The notes: generated by a model from the sequence alone, not told the origin. A DNA stretch of 64,000 nucleotides from an uncultured Acidobacteriota bacterium (GCA_963774105.1 CAVZDV010000003.1:4236-68235), one strand, 5' to 3'. Positions 18,301 through 27,597 are shown, counted from the stretch's first letter. Program-made: numbers and translations.

Positions 18301-20142
18301 ATGGAGTTCGGACAGGGAGCCCGCGCCTACTCGTTCGGCGACTTCACGCTAGACTTGCGCGAGGGCCAACTCCTCTCGCGCGACGGCGGCCCCGTGCCGC
18401 TGACGCCGAAAGCCTTCGAGACGCTCGTCGCCCTCGTCGAGCACAGCGGGCACGTCCTCAGCAAAGACGAGCTGATGAAGAAAGTCTGGCCCGACAGCTT
18501 CGTCGAAGAGAACAACCTTTCGCAGAACATCTCGCAGCTACGCCGCGCCTTGCAGTCCGCGGGCGGCGACGACGCGGCCGACTTCATCGAGACCGTCCCG
18601 CGCCGCGGCTACCGCTTCAGGGCGCAGGTGAGCCTGATTGAGGAGGAGGCGAGCGAGACCGTCATCCTGCGCGAGCGGACGCGGACGCGCGTCGTGATCG
18701 AAGAGGACGACGACGCTTTGGCGGAGCCGGCCGCAGGAAGAATGTTGCCGCCCGCGGCGCTGCCCGCGGCGGGCGAGTTCCCGCCCGAGCTGATGCGCGT
18801 GCCCGAGACGAAGTACGCGCGGAGCGGGGACGTGAACATAGCCTATCAGGTGCTCGGCGACGGCCCGCTCGACCTGGTCTTCGTGATGGGCTGGATTTCA
18901 CATCTGGAATACTTCTGGCGTCACCAGACGTTTGCGCGCTTCCTCCGCCGGCTCGCCTCCTTCTCGCGCCTCATCCTCTTCGACAAGCGCGGCACGGGTC
19001 TCTCGGATCGAGTCCCCGTCCACGAGCTGCCGACGCTCGAACAGCGCATGGACGACGTGCGCGCCGTGATGGAGGCCGTCGGGTCCGAGCGCGCGGCGTT
19101 GTGCGGCGTCTCCGAGGGCGGGGTGATGTCCGCGCTCTTCGCGGCGACCTACCCGGAGCGCACGGCCGCGCTCGTGATGTTCGGCACTTACGCCAAGCGC
19201 ATCTGGGCTCCCGATTACCCTTGGGCTCCGACGGCCGAGCAGCGCAACCATTTTTTTGAAGAGATACAGAAGAACTGGGGCGGACCCGTCGGCATCGAGG
19301 AGCGCGCGCCGAGTATGCAGCACGACCCGCAGTTCCGCGAGTGGTGGGCGGCCTACCTGCGCACGGGCGCGAGCCCCGGCGCGGCCGTGGCGCTGACGAA
19401 GATGAACGCGGAGGCGGACGTGCGCCACGTCCTGCCGACGATACGCGTGCCGACGCTGGTGCTGCACCGCACGAACGACCTGTGTCTGAAGGTCGAGGAG
19501 GGGCGCTACGTCGCCGAGCGCATCCCCGGCGCGAAGTACGTGGAGTTGCCCGGTGAGGACCACCTGCCTTTCGTTGGCGACCAGGACTCAGTGCTCTACG
19601 AGATCGAAGAGTTTCTGACGGGCGTGCGCCACACGGCCGAGCCCGAGCGCGTGCTCGCCACGGTGCTGTTTGCGCGCATAGTTGATTCGCCGGAGCACGC
19701 GGACGCGCGCGGCGAGGGCGAATGGCGGAGCACGGTCGAGCGGTTCCGCGCGCACATCAGCAAGGAGATTGCCTGGTTCCGCGGGCGCGAGATTGACATG
19801 GAGGGGGCGGGGCCGCTCGCCACCTTCGACGGGCCGGCGCGCGCCATCCGCTGCGCCTGTGCCATCCGCGAATACGCCGCGCGCCTCGGGATAGAGATAC
19901 GCGCGGGCCTGCACACGGGCGAGTGCGATCTGCTGGACGAGTCGCGCGTCGGCGGCGTGGCCGTCGAGGTCGGCCGCGAAATCCGCGACCGCGCGGGCGC
20001 GGGCGAGGTGCTGGTCTCACACACCGTCAAAGACCTGGTCGCCGGCTCCGGCCTGGAATTCGACCGCCGCGGCGCGGAAGTCTTCGACCAGATTCCCGGC
20101 GAGTGGCAACTCTACAGGGTCGAACCCTACGCGCGCGTTTGA
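18301..20142 (+). CDS. Winged-helix (OmpR/CadC-type) DNA-binding domain + alpha/beta hydrolase + degenerate class III cyclase-homology domain
   Basis: N-terminus YSFGDFTLDLREGQLLSRDGGPVPLTPKAFETLVALVEH...VWPDSFVEENNLSQNISQLRRAL. Hydrolase part NIAYQVLGDGPLDLVFVMGW, FDKRGTGLSDR, GVSEGG. C-terminus VLATVLFARIVDS ... GPLATFDGPARAIRCA ... IRAGLHTGE. Confidence 0.8.
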   Translation: MEFGQGARAYSFGDFTLDLREGQLLSRDGGPVPLTPKAFETLVALVEHSGHVLSKDELMKKVWPDSFVEENNLSQNISQLRRALQSAGGDDAADFIETVPRRGYRFRAQVSLIEEEASETVILRERTRTRVVIEEDDDALAEPAAGRMLPPAALPAAGEFPPELMRVPETKYARSGDVNIAYQVLGDGPLDLVFVMGWISHLEYFWRHQTFARFLRRLASFSRLILFDKRGTGLSDRVPVHELPTLEQRMDDVRAVMEAVGSERAALCGVSEGGVMSALFAATYPERTAALVMFGTYAKRIWAPDYPWAPTAEQRNHFFEEIQKNWGGPVGIEERAPSMQHDPQFREWWAAYLRTGASPGAAVALTKMNAEADVRHVLPTIRVPTLVLHRTNDLCLKVEEGRYVAERIPGAKYVELPGEDHLPFVGDQDSVLYEIEEFLTGVRHTAEPERVLATVLFARIVDSPEHADARGEGEWRSTVERFRAHISKEIAWFRGREIDMEGAGPLATFDGPARAIRCACAIREYAARLGIEIRAGLHTGECDLLDESRVGGVAVEVGREIRDRAGAGEVLVSHTVKDLVAGSGLEFDRRGAEVFDQIPGEWQLYRVEPYARV

Positions 20143-20144
20143 AG

Positions 20145-20324
20145 CCCCGTCAGGGGCGACTGAAAATAGCCCAGCACTTCAGTGCTGGGTTAAGAGGCGA
20201 AAAACAAATTGAGTCCCGTAGGGACGACTGAAGCTTTCGGTCGTCCCTACGGGACTCAAACATTTTTGGCACAGTTACCCAGCACTGAAGTGCTGGGCTA
20301 TTTTCAAAAGTCCCTACGGGACTG
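20145..20324. repeat. Nested palindromic element, family A copy 1
   Basis: Perfect 28-bp arms at 20163..20190 / 20277..20304 (AAAATAGCCCAGCACTTCAGTGCTGGGT and its complement) enclose perfect 20-bp arms at 20209..20228 / 20240..20259 (TTGAGTCCCGTAGGGACGAC and its complement). Confidence 0.9.
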
Positions 20325-22023
20325 AGGCCGCGCCCGCCTTGCCCGCCTTCTGTACGGTCAGCTCTTTCAGCACCCATTGGTCGGGGTCAATCCTCACGTC
20401 CGTGGGCTGGCGCGGGAGTGGGAGGCGGAGGACGGTGTCGCGGCCGGTGGGCGTGAGCTTCGCGCGCTGCGCCGGGCTGCCGTCGAAGACGACTTCCATG
20501 TCAAGCGGGTTCAGGAAGGGGGCGTCTTCCTGCGTCTGCTTGAGTTGGATGGTGAGCGTCCCGGCACGGCCGCTCGCGCCGCTCCAAGACCATGTGGCTT
20601 CGTAGCGCGGGTGGCCCGCGGCGTAAACCCAGCGCGCGAAAAACTCCTTCAGGTTCCGGCCCGACGCCTTTTCGAGCGCCGCGCGCAAGTCTTCGGTCGA
20701 GGCCGTCGCGTGCTCGTGCGCGCGGTAGTAGGCGCGTATGCCTTTGAAGAACACCTCGTCGCCCAACAGCCCGCGCAGCATGTGTAATACCCACTTGCCC
20801 TTCTGGTAGTTGTTGGCGTTGAGCAGCTTGAAGAGGTCTTCGGTCTCCGTGTCGTAGATGGGCGCGCGGCGCTTCCGCGCGTAGTTGAAATAGGCTTCGG
20901 CGGCGCGGCTCATGTTCTCGCGGAAAGCCTCGCGCCCGTCGTAGCGCTCTACGAAGAGGGCCTCGAAGTAGTCCGCGAAGCCCTCGCTCAGCCAGAGGTC
21001 CGCCCAGGTCTTAATCGCCACGGAGTCGCCGAACCACTGGTGCGCGAACTCGTGGCTCATCAATTCGACGATGCCGCGCCGGATTTTGAAGTGGGGGCTG
21101 AGGGGCGGCGCGTCCACCTCGGTACTGAAGAGGCCGCTGGTCAGCACAATCGCGCTCGCGTTCTCCATCCCGCCGAAGCGCGTCGCGCCGACGATCAGCG
21201 CCAGCTTCTCGTAAGGGAAGGGCGCGATGGTCTCGTTGAAGAATTCCAGCGTCTGCGGGGCGGAGCTGAAGCCGCGCGGGGCCGGCTCCCTGTCCGTCTG
21301 CGGGACGTAGTAGGCGAGCGGCACGGGCGTCTTGACGGGCGCTTGAAACTCCGCGTACTCGCCGACGGCGATAATCATGCAGTAGGGCGAGATGGGGCGC
21401 GACTCCTTGAAGGCCCAGGTGCGCGTCGCGTCCGGGTTGTCGCGCTTCGAAATGAATTGCCCGTTCGCCACCACGAGGTCGCGCGCGGGCGCGGTCACTG
21501 TGAAGTTGACGGTCGCCTTCGCGGAGGGGTGGTCGAGCGTGGGTATCCAGTGGTGCACGCGGTCGGGCCAGTTGTCGCCCGTCGCGGAAGGCTTGCCCGC
21601 CTTGTCCGCTTTCATAATCAGCCCGTCTTTCGGCTGGCCGTGGTAAGCGACGACGACCGCGAGCTTCGCGCCCGCGGCCGCGGGCTGCGGGAGCAGGACG
21701 TTGAGGCGGCCCGCGCCACGCTCGAAGCGCGCGGGCGCACCATTGACGGTCACGGAGTCAACGGTCAACTCGCCGAAGTCCAGGTCAATCGCGGCGAGCG
21801 GGCCTTTCAGCACCTCCACGTCGAGCGCGGCGCGTGCGCTCGCAAGCTCAGTCAACTGGTCGTCTAACTTGAGCGTGATGTCGTAATGAACGGGCCGCCA
21901 CGCGTCCACCAAACGCTCGCGCCTCGCGGCCGCGGCCTGCGCGCACGCCGCCGCGAGCACCATCGCCAGGACGAGCGCGCGCCGCACCAAGACTTTCGTC
22001 AGCCTTTTCCTGTTCATCATCAA
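20314..22023 (-). CDS. M1-family zinc aminopeptidase (aminopeptidase N-like), secreted
   Basis: GGMENAS, HEFAHQWFGD and WLSEGFADY motifs. N-terminal signal peptide. The last codons lie inside repeat family A. Confidence 0.9.
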   Translation of the reverse strand: MMMNRKRLTKVLVRRALVLAMVLAAACAQAAAARRERLVDAWRPVHYDITLKLDDQLTELASARAALDVEVLKGPLAAIDLDFGELTVDSVTVNGAPARFERGAGRLNVLLPQPAAAGAKLAVVVAYHGQPKDGLIMKADKAGKPSATGDNWPDRVHHWIPTLDHPSAKATVNFTVTAPARDLVVANGQFISKRDNPDATRTWAFKESRPISPYCMIIAVGEYAEFQAPVKTPVPLAYYVPQTDREPAPRGFSSAPQTLEFFNETIAPFPYEKLALIVGATRFGGMENASAIVLTSGLFSTEVDAPPLSPHFKIRRGIVELMSHEFAHQWFGDSVAIKTWADLWLSEGFADYFEALFVERYDGREAFRENMSRAAEAYFNYARKRRAPIYDTETEDLFKLLNANNYQKGKWVLHMLRGLLGDEVFFKGIRAYYRAHEHATASTEDLRAALEKASGRNLKEFFARWVYAAGHPRYEATWSWSGASGRAGTLTIQLKQTQEDAPFLNPLDMEVVFDGSPAQRAKLTPTGRDTVLRLPLPRQPTDVRIDPDQWVLKELTVQKAGKAGAASVP

Positions 22024-22052
22024 AAAGTCTCACCGGGTAAAAACTGACTCAA

Positions 22053-22146
22053 GCCTTTGCGCCTTAAGTTTTAACTTTGCGCCTTTGCGTGAACGGCTGT
22101 TTCGCGCAAAGGCGCAAAGTAAAAGCGTAAGGCGCAAAGGGTTGAG
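22053..22146. repeat. Palindromic GCGCCTTTGCG-word element, family B
   Basis: GCCTTTGCGCCTTAAGTTTTAACTTTGCGCCTTTGCGTGAA ... TTCGCGCAAAGGCGCAAAGTAAAAGCGTAAGGCGCAAAGG. Related arms are at 27024..27084 and a single arm at about 45288..45312. Confidence 0.8.
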
Positions 22147-22154
22147 TGATTCTC

Positions 22155-22514
22155 TCATCGCAGACCGAGCATCAGGAGCGCGGAGCGGTCTGAGACCGGG
22201 CCGCCGGCCGCGGCCCACTCGCGGTAGGCTTCGAGCTCATCTTCCGTCACGGGGCGATTCCCCAGTCGCGCGGCGGGCGTGCGCTCGAAGGCGCGATCCG
22301 TGAGCGCCATGTGTCTTTGGCGGACGTGCAGCGCGCCGGGCCGCGCGAGCGCCGCCTCGGCCGTCTCCACGTCCGGGAAGAGTTCCTCGTAGGCGAGCAG
22401 GTGCCAGACCAGTCCCTCCGCGCCGCGGTCCTCGACCGCCAGCACGCGCAGCAGCCCGAAGCCGCTTTCCAGTTGAAAGATGAGATCGTCGCCCGGGTCG
22501 AACGCCTGTGCCAT
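22155..22514 (-). CDS. Hypothetical protein (119 aa)
   Basis: Clean ORF with GC-rich third positions. No recognisable motif. Confidence 0.5.
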   Translation of the reverse strand: MAQAFDPGDDLIFQLESGFGLLRVLAVEDRGAEGLVWHLLAYEELFPDVETAEAALARPGALHVRQRHMALTDRAFERTPAARLGNRPVTEDELEAYREWAAAGGPVSDRSALLMLGLR

Positions 22515-22562
22515 AATTTAAGCTCTCAGCCTAAGATTAGCATAGGGCAACTGTTTCCCGTT

Positions 22563-22590
22563 GCAAATCTAAAATCGCAAATCTAAAATC
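22563..22590 (+). repeat. 2 x 14-bp tandem GCAAATCTAAAATC
   Basis: Exact tandem duplication ending 9 nt before ATG 22600. Confidence 0.8.
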
Positions 22591-22599
22591 GCCGAACGC

Positions 22600-23154
22600 A
22601 TGAGCCAGTTCGACGCGAGCAAGGACTACTACTCCATCCTGGGCGCGGGCGTAGACGCCTCGGCCGGCGACATCGAACGCCTCTACAAGCGCAAGGCCGT
22701 CGAGCACCACCCCGACCGCGGCGGCGACGAAGAGGAGATGAAGTCGCTCAACGAGGCTTACGGCGTGCTCAAGGACGAGCGAGCGCGCCGCGCCTACGAC
22801 GCCGAGCGGCGCGGGGCCGCAGGGGAAACCGAGGCGGCCGCCGCCGCGCCGCGCACTTCGCCTGGCTTGCAGGTCGAGGCGGCCGCCGCGCAGAGCCTGG
22901 GCGCTGTCCTCTTCATAGGCGCGGGGCTGGTGCTGGCGCTGCTCGTCAAGTTCCAGTGGATGTGGTTCCTCTGGCCGCTGGCGGTGCTGGCGCTCGCGCT
23001 GGTCGCGGTCGGAGTCCTGATGGCCCATGGCGCAATCCGCCGCCTGGAAGACAGGCACGCGCTCTCGCACTCCTGGTTCGGCGTGACGCTGGAGGTGATG
23101 TTCTGGGCGATGCTGGTCGGCGGCGGTTACGGAATTTATCTGATGCTGAGGTAG
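22600..23154 (+). CDS. J-domain (DnaJ-like) membrane protein
   Basis: DYYSILGAGVDASAGDIERLYKRKAVEHHPDRGGDEEEMKSLNEAYGVLKD with an HPD motif, then 3-4 TM helices. Confidence 0.8.
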   Translation: MSQFDASKDYYSILGAGVDASAGDIERLYKRKAVEHHPDRGGDEEEMKSLNEAYGVLKDERARRAYDAERRGAAGETEAAAAAPRTSPGLQVEAAAAQSLGAVLFIGAGLVLALLVKFQWMWFLWPLAVLALALVAVGVLMAHGAIRRLEDRHALSHSWFGVTLEVMFWAMLVGGGYGIYLMLR

Positions 23155-23162
23155 GGCGTGCA

Positions 23163-23552
23163 ATGGGCTTCACCGGACTCGACCTGCTTTTTCTGGAAAT
23201 CAACAGCCTGCCGGACGCGCTCGCGTTCTACCACGAGCAGCTCGGCTTCGAGCTTGAGACGCACACGCCGGAGTCCGAGCCGCCGATGGCGACTTTGAGG
23301 GCCGGGCGGCTGAGACTGACGCTGGTCGAGCAACTAGAGACGATGCTGCGGCGCGGGCGCGGCTGCCACTTCTTCCTGGGCGTCGCGGACGTGGACGCCT
23401 ATTACGGGGAGCTGAAGCGGCGCGGGCTCATCGTCCAGCCGCCAACGGACGAGGGCTGGGGCGGGCGCTTCGTCACCGTCGAGGACCCGGACAACAAGTA
23501 CAGATTCTTTTTCGTCACCTGGGCCGCGGGAGAGCAGAAGGAGGAGGGATGA
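23163..23552 (+). CDS. VOC/glyoxalase-family protein
   Basis: LFLEINSLPDALAFYHEQLGFEL ... HFFLGVADVDAYYGELKRRGL ... GGRFVTVEDPDNKYRFFF. Internal ATG 23163. The track start 22956 overlaps the previous gene. Confidence 0.7.
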   Translation: MGFTGLDLLFLEINSLPDALAFYHEQLGFELETHTPESEPPMATLRAGRLRLTLVEQLETMLRRGRGCHFFLGVADVDAYYGELKRRGLIVQPPTDEGWGGRFVTVEDPDNKYRFFFVTWAAGEQKEEG

Positions 23553-23773
23553 GGCGGGACATGCAGGAAGCAGAGAACATGCTACGACGCTACAAGGGCC
23601 AGTCGGTGGACATCAAGACCATCTCCGGCGGCGTCTACGAGGGCACGATCACGGAAGTCAGCAACGACTACGTCGCGCTCTCGCTCAAAAGCCGAGACGA
23701 CGACGGCGAACCCGACCAGGTCTACGTCCTCCTCCACAGCATCGAGTCCGTACTCCCGCGCGGCGTGACATAA
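23549..23773 (+). CDS. Small hypothetical protein, possibly Sm-like fold
   Basis: ATGA start/stop overlap with the VOC gene. YKGQSVDIKTISGGVYEGTITEVSNDYVALSL...VYVLLHSIESV resembles Sm/LSm-type beta-barrels. Confidence 0.5.
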   Translation: MRRDMQEAENMLRRYKGQSVDIKTISGGVYEGTITEVSNDYVALSLKSRDDDGEPDQVYVLLHSIESVLPRGVT

Positions 23774-23878
23774 CCTGCCGTTGCTCGTGTGCAAAATCGT
23801 GCTAGACATAACACAAACTCGGGTGTACCCTCGACAAAGCTAGGCCCCATGTATTAGTGCTCCCGCGTAAGAGTCGTC

Positions 23879-24907
23879 TTGCGTTACGTCGAGAATCCTC
23901 CTAACCCCTGGCTCGCGCACACGGTCGAGTGGATCGGCGAGCCGCCGGAGGCGCGCGTCGAGGTCTTCGAGGAGACGGAGACGCGCTCCATCATCACGCA
24001 CAACCAGAGCCCGGACGTGGGGTTCGATTACTCCGTCAACTGCTACCGCGGCTGCGCGCACGCCTGCACGTACTGCTTCAGCCGGCCGACGCACGAATAC
24101 CTGGGTTACGGCGCGGGCACGGACTTCGAGCGCAAGATCGTGGCGAAGGTGCGCGCGCCGGAGCTGCTGCGCGCCGAGCTGATGCGCAAGAGCTGGCGTG
24201 GAGACACGCTCGTCTTCTCCTTCACGTCTGACCCTTACGTCCCGCTCGAAGCGCACTACAAGTTGACGCGCCGCTGCCTGGAAGTCTGTCTCGAATTCCG
24301 CAACCCCGTCAGCGTCGTCACCAAGTCCGCGCTCATCCGCAGGGACGTTGACCTCCTGGCGAAATTGGCACAGGAAGCCGCCGCCTCCGTCTACTTCACC
24401 ATCCCTTTCGCGGACTACGAGACGGCGCGCGCCGTCGAGCCGTTCGCGCCCTCGCCCGACGCGCGCTTCAAGGCCATGAAGGAGCTGGCGGACGCAGGCA
24501 TCAAGGTCGGCATCGGGCTGGCCCCTGTCATCCCGGGGCTGACCACGGACATCCCGGAGCTGCTCAAGCGCGCGCGCGAGGCGGGCGCGAGCCATGCGTT
24601 TATGACGATGCTCAGGCTGCCCGGCAGCGTCGCGGAATATTTCGAGCAGCGGCTGCGCGAGCGGCTCCCGACCAAGGCCGAGCGCGTGCTGAACCGCATC
24701 CGCGAGGCGCGCGGCGGCCGCCTCAACTCCGCCCGATTCGGCGAGCGCATGCGCGGCCAGGGCCAATTCTGGGAAGCGCAGGTGCGGCTCTTCCGCGTCT
24801 ACTGCAAGCGCCTAGGCTTCAACCAGGAGGAGCGGCGCGCTTACGAGGATGACAAGGCGGCCCGCAACACCTTCCGCCGCCCGTCGGCCCAGGGCTCCCT
24901 TTTCTGA
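23879..24907 (+). CDS. Radical SAM protein (PA0069/SPL-like family)
   Basis: [14 protein letters not shown] CxxxCxxC cluster near the N-terminus, with a TIM-barrel-like remainder. TTG start per the track. Confidence 0.8.
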   Translation: MRYVENPPNPWLAHTVEWIGEPPEARVEVFEETETRSIITHNQSPDVGFDYSVNCYRGCAHACTYCFSRPTHEYLGYGAGTDFERKIVAKVRAPELLRAELMRKSWRGDTLVFSFTSDPYVPLEAHYKLTRRCLEVCLEFRNPVSVVTKSALIRRDVDLLAKLAQEAAASVYFTIPFADYETARAVEPFAPSPDARFKAMKELADAGIKVGIGLAPVIPGLTTDIPELLKRAREAGASHAFMTMLRLPGSVAEYFEQRLRERLPTKAERVLNRIREARGGRLNSARFGERMRGQGQFWEAQVRLFRVYCKRLGFNQEERRAYEDDKAARNTFRRPSAQGSLF

Positions 24908-25049
24908 TAGCCTTCCGGCCGGAAGAGGAATAGAATGACGCCCGTTCACATTCCCCCGAACGCGAAGTCCAGGCAGTCCTGGCACAATTACTAATCCCCC
25001 GAGCAAGACACGGCCGACAGGCAGGAACCTCTGTGTGGTTTGATGGAGG

Positions 25050-27011
25050 GTGATTTTGGTTAGAGCCAAGGGTAACGGCAGAAGTGTTCACGGGGCCGCC
25101 ACGTCCGCGGACTGGGGCGGCGTGGGCGGGCACGACCACTTCGTACAGTTCTACGAGGCGGACGACTTTCTGCTCAACTCGCTGGGCGGCTTCATCGGCG
25201 CGGGGCTCGGCGCGGGCGAGGGCTGCGTCGTCGTGGCCGGCAAGCCGCACCGCGATGGGCTGGACCGTTGGCTACAGGCTTCGGGCCTGGACCTGAAGGA
25301 CGCGCGCGCAGCGGGGCGTTACGTCTCGCTCGACGCGGCGGAGACTTTGGCGACGTTCATGGTGGACGGGCGGCCCGAGCCCGAGCGCTTCAACGAGGTC
25401 GTCGGCCGAATCGTCGAGCAGGCAGAGCGCGCGGGCAGCGGGCGCGTGCGCGTCTTCGGCGACATGGTCGCCCACCTGTGCGGCGGCGGGCAGCACGACG
25501 CCGCCATCAACCTCGAAGGACTCTGGAACGGCCTGCGCGAGTCTCACTCGTTCCCACTCTTCTGCGCCTACCCTCTGACGAACTTCGAAGGCAGGTCTCT
25601 GACCTCCTCGCTCGCGGAAGTCTGCGCGGCCCACTCGGCCGTCATCCCCGCCGAGAGCTACACGAGTCTGGACTCGGCCGGCGACCGCCTGCGCGTCGTC
25701 GTCGAGTTGCAGCAGAAGGCCAGGGCGCTCGAAGCCGAGGTGGCCGAGCACGAGCGCACGGAGGAGCGCCTGCGCGCGGTGTTGGAAGAGCGCGAGCGGC
25801 TGCTGGCGCGCGAGCAGGCGGCCCGCGCCGAGGCCGAGAGCGCCAGCCGTCTCAAGGACCAATTCCTGGCCGTCGTCTCGCACGAGCTGCGCACGCCGCT
25901 CACAGCCATCAGCGGCTGGACGAACATCCTGCGCGAGGGGCAGCTCGACGAGAAGGCGACCGCGCACGCGCTCGAAATCATAGAGCGCAACGCGCGCTTG
26001 CAGACGCAGATTATCGAAGACCTGCTCGATGTCTCGCGCATCATCACTGGCAAGCTGTGTCTGGAAGTCCAGCCCATCAACCCGGGCTCGTTCATAGAGG
26101 CGGCCATTGACGCCCTGCGCCCGGCCGCGGAGGCCAGGGGCGTGAGCGTCAAGAAGGTAATCGGCGCGGGCGTCGGGGCCATCGCCGGCGACCCCACGCG
26201 CCTGCAACAGGTGGTCTGGAATCTGCTCTCGAACGCCATCAAGTTCACGCCGCCGGGCGGGCGCGTCCACGTTCGTATCGAGCGCGCGGGCTCTCACGTC
26301 AAGCTCGAAGTCAGCGACACGGGCGAGGGAATTGGGCCGGAATTTCTGCCGCACGTCTTCGAGCGTTTCCGGCAGGCGGATATGTCCACGACGCGCATGC
26401 ACGGCGGCCTCGGCCTCGGCCTCGCCATCGTGCGCCACCTAGTCGAGCTGCACGGCGGGACGGTTCAGGCGCGCAGCGGCGGGGCTGGGCATGGCTCCAC
26501 CTTCACTGTGATGATTCCGCTCGTCGGCGTGTACCGCCGCGAGTGCGATGCGAAGCGGGACGCGCCCGGAGCCGCCGAGGTCGCGGACGCGGCGGCCGAA
26601 TCGCCGGACAGGCTGGACGGCGTGCGCGTGCTGGTGGTGGACGATCAGCCTGACACGCGCGAGCTGCTGAAGGCCATGCTCGAAGGTTGCGGCGCGAGCG
26701 TGACGGTTGCCGCCTCGACTGAGGAGGCCCTCGGGCTTTTGGCACAAAACGTCCCGGACGTGCTCGTGAGCGACATCGCCATGCCGGGCGAGGACGGATA
26801 CGAGTTAATCCGGCGCGTCCGCGCGCTGCCGCGCGAGCGTGGGGGGCGCGTCCCTGCGGCCGCGCTGACGGCCTACGCGCGGACGGAGGACCGCCTGCGC
26901 GCCATCAAGTCCGGCTTCCAGATACACGTCCCGAAGCCCGTCGAGCTGAACGAGCTGGCGGCCATCGTCGCCAGCCTCGCCAGGAGAGCGGAAGCCTCCG
27001 CGGCGGGATAG
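25050..27011 (+). CDS. MEDS-domain hybrid sensor histidine kinase with C-terminal receiver
   Basis: GHDHFVQFYEADDFLLNSLGGFIGAGL (MEDS-like), coiled coil, H-box FLAVVSHELRTPLTAI, HATPase_c (DTGEGI, GGLGLGLAIV), receiver VLVVDDQPDTRE ... VLVSDIAMPGEDGYELI ... KP. Confidence 0.85.
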   Translation: MILVRAKGNGRSVHGAATSADWGGVGGHDHFVQFYEADDFLLNSLGGFIGAGLGAGEGCVVVAGKPHRDGLDRWLQASGLDLKDARAAGRYVSLDAAETLATFMVDGRPEPERFNEVVGRIVEQAERAGSGRVRVFGDMVAHLCGGGQHDAAINLEGLWNGLRESHSFPLFCAYPLTNFEGRSLTSSLAEVCAAHSAVIPAESYTSLDSAGDRLRVVVELQQKARALEAEVAEHERTEERLRAVLEERERLLAREQAARAEAESASRLKDQFLAVVSHELRTPLTAISGWTNILREGQLDEKATAHALEIIERNARLQTQIIEDLLDVSRIITGKLCLEVQPINPGSFIEAAIDALRPAAEARGVSVKKVIGAGVGAIAGDPTRLQQVVWNLLSNAIKFTPPGGRVHVRIERAGSHVKLEVSDTGEGIGPEFLPHVFERFRQADMSTTRMHGGLGLGLAIVRHLVELHGGTVQARSGGAGHGSTFTVMIPLVGVYRRECDAKRDAPGAAEVADAAAESPDRLDGVRVLVVDDQPDTRELLKAMLEGCGASVTVAASTEEALGLLAQNVPDVLVSDIAMPGEDGYELIRRVRALPRERGGRVPAAALTAYARTEDRLRAIKSGFQIHVPKPVELNELAAIVASLARRAEASAAG

Positions 27012-27023
27012 CACCTTGACGCC

Positions 27024-27084
27024 CTTCTTCGCGCCTTTGCGGCTTTGCGTGAGATTAAGTTTCACGCCAAGGCGCTAAGAAGTG
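27024..27084. repeat. Family B palindrome copy
   Basis: CTTCTTCGCGCCTTTGCGGCTTTGCGTGAG ... TTCACGCCAAGGCGCTAAGAAG, an imperfect inverted repeat directly after the kinase stop. Confidence 0.65.
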
Positions 27085-27171
27085 ACCCAATCCTTTTTTG
27101 CTTGAAGACAAGTCGGCTTGCTTTATAATGGGCGCACGCTCTTTCAAAAACTTGCGGGGGGGGGGCAGGCC

Positions 27172-27597
27172 ATGATTACTATCCGAGACGTGATCCGTGA
27201 GCGCGAGCCGTATTCCGTGCGCGAAGACCTGAGCGTGCTGGAGGCGGCCGAGTACATGGCGGGGCGCAAAGTCGGCGGCGTCTGCGTGCTCGACGGCGAC
27301 GGCCGCCTGGTCGGCATCCTGACCGAGCGCGACCTGCTGAACAACGTGCTGCTCAGCCGCCGCGACCCCGCGGACTTGCGGGTCAAAGAGGTGATGGGCG
27401 AGTTGCAGGCGGTGATTGACACGAAGGACACGCCGCACGAGGCGCTCGAACGGATGGAGCTGATCGGCCGCCGCCACCTGCCAGTGGTCGAGGGCGAGCG
27501 CTGGGTCGGGATGCTCTCGATGCGCGACATCCTGCGCGTCGAAGTCAGCGAGCAGGGCGACGAGCTGAAACTTCTGCACGAATACATTTCCCACTGA
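27172..27597 (+). CDS. CBS-domain pair protein
   Basis: Two CBS motifs (VLEAAEYMAGRKVGGVCVLDGDGRLVGILTERDLL; EALERMELIGRRHLPVVEGERWVGMLSMRDIL). ATG 27172 preferred. Confidence 0.85.
   Translation: MITIRDVIREREPYSVREDLSVLEAAEYMAGRKVGGVCVLDGDGRLVGILTERDLLNNVLLSRRDPADLRVKEVMGELQAVIDTKDTPHEALERMELIGRRHLPVVEGERWVGMLSMRDILRVEVSEQGDELKLLHEYISH

Noticed and set aside
20150-20377. 75-aa and related ORFs inside repeat family A (also 43923..44345)
   Set aside because: They are translations of the palindromic modules (SPVGTTE / PALKCWAI-type peptides). The same peptides appear wherever the repeat occurs, on both strands.
22956-23162. N-terminal extension of the VOC gene
   Set aside because: It overlaps the J-domain gene's 3' end in another frame and is Arg/Gly-rich. 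The VOC fold begins at the Met at 23163.
23840-24766. 308-aa minus-strand ORF
   Set aside because: It is antisense to the radical SAM gene (which has the CxxxCxxC motif). It has no motifs and a shadow-ORF composition.
25272-26438. 388-aa minus-strand ORF
   Set aside because: It is antisense to the MEDS hybrid kinase, whose motifs are unambiguous. Its Arg/Ala/Gly-rich composition is typical of high-GC shadow ORFs.
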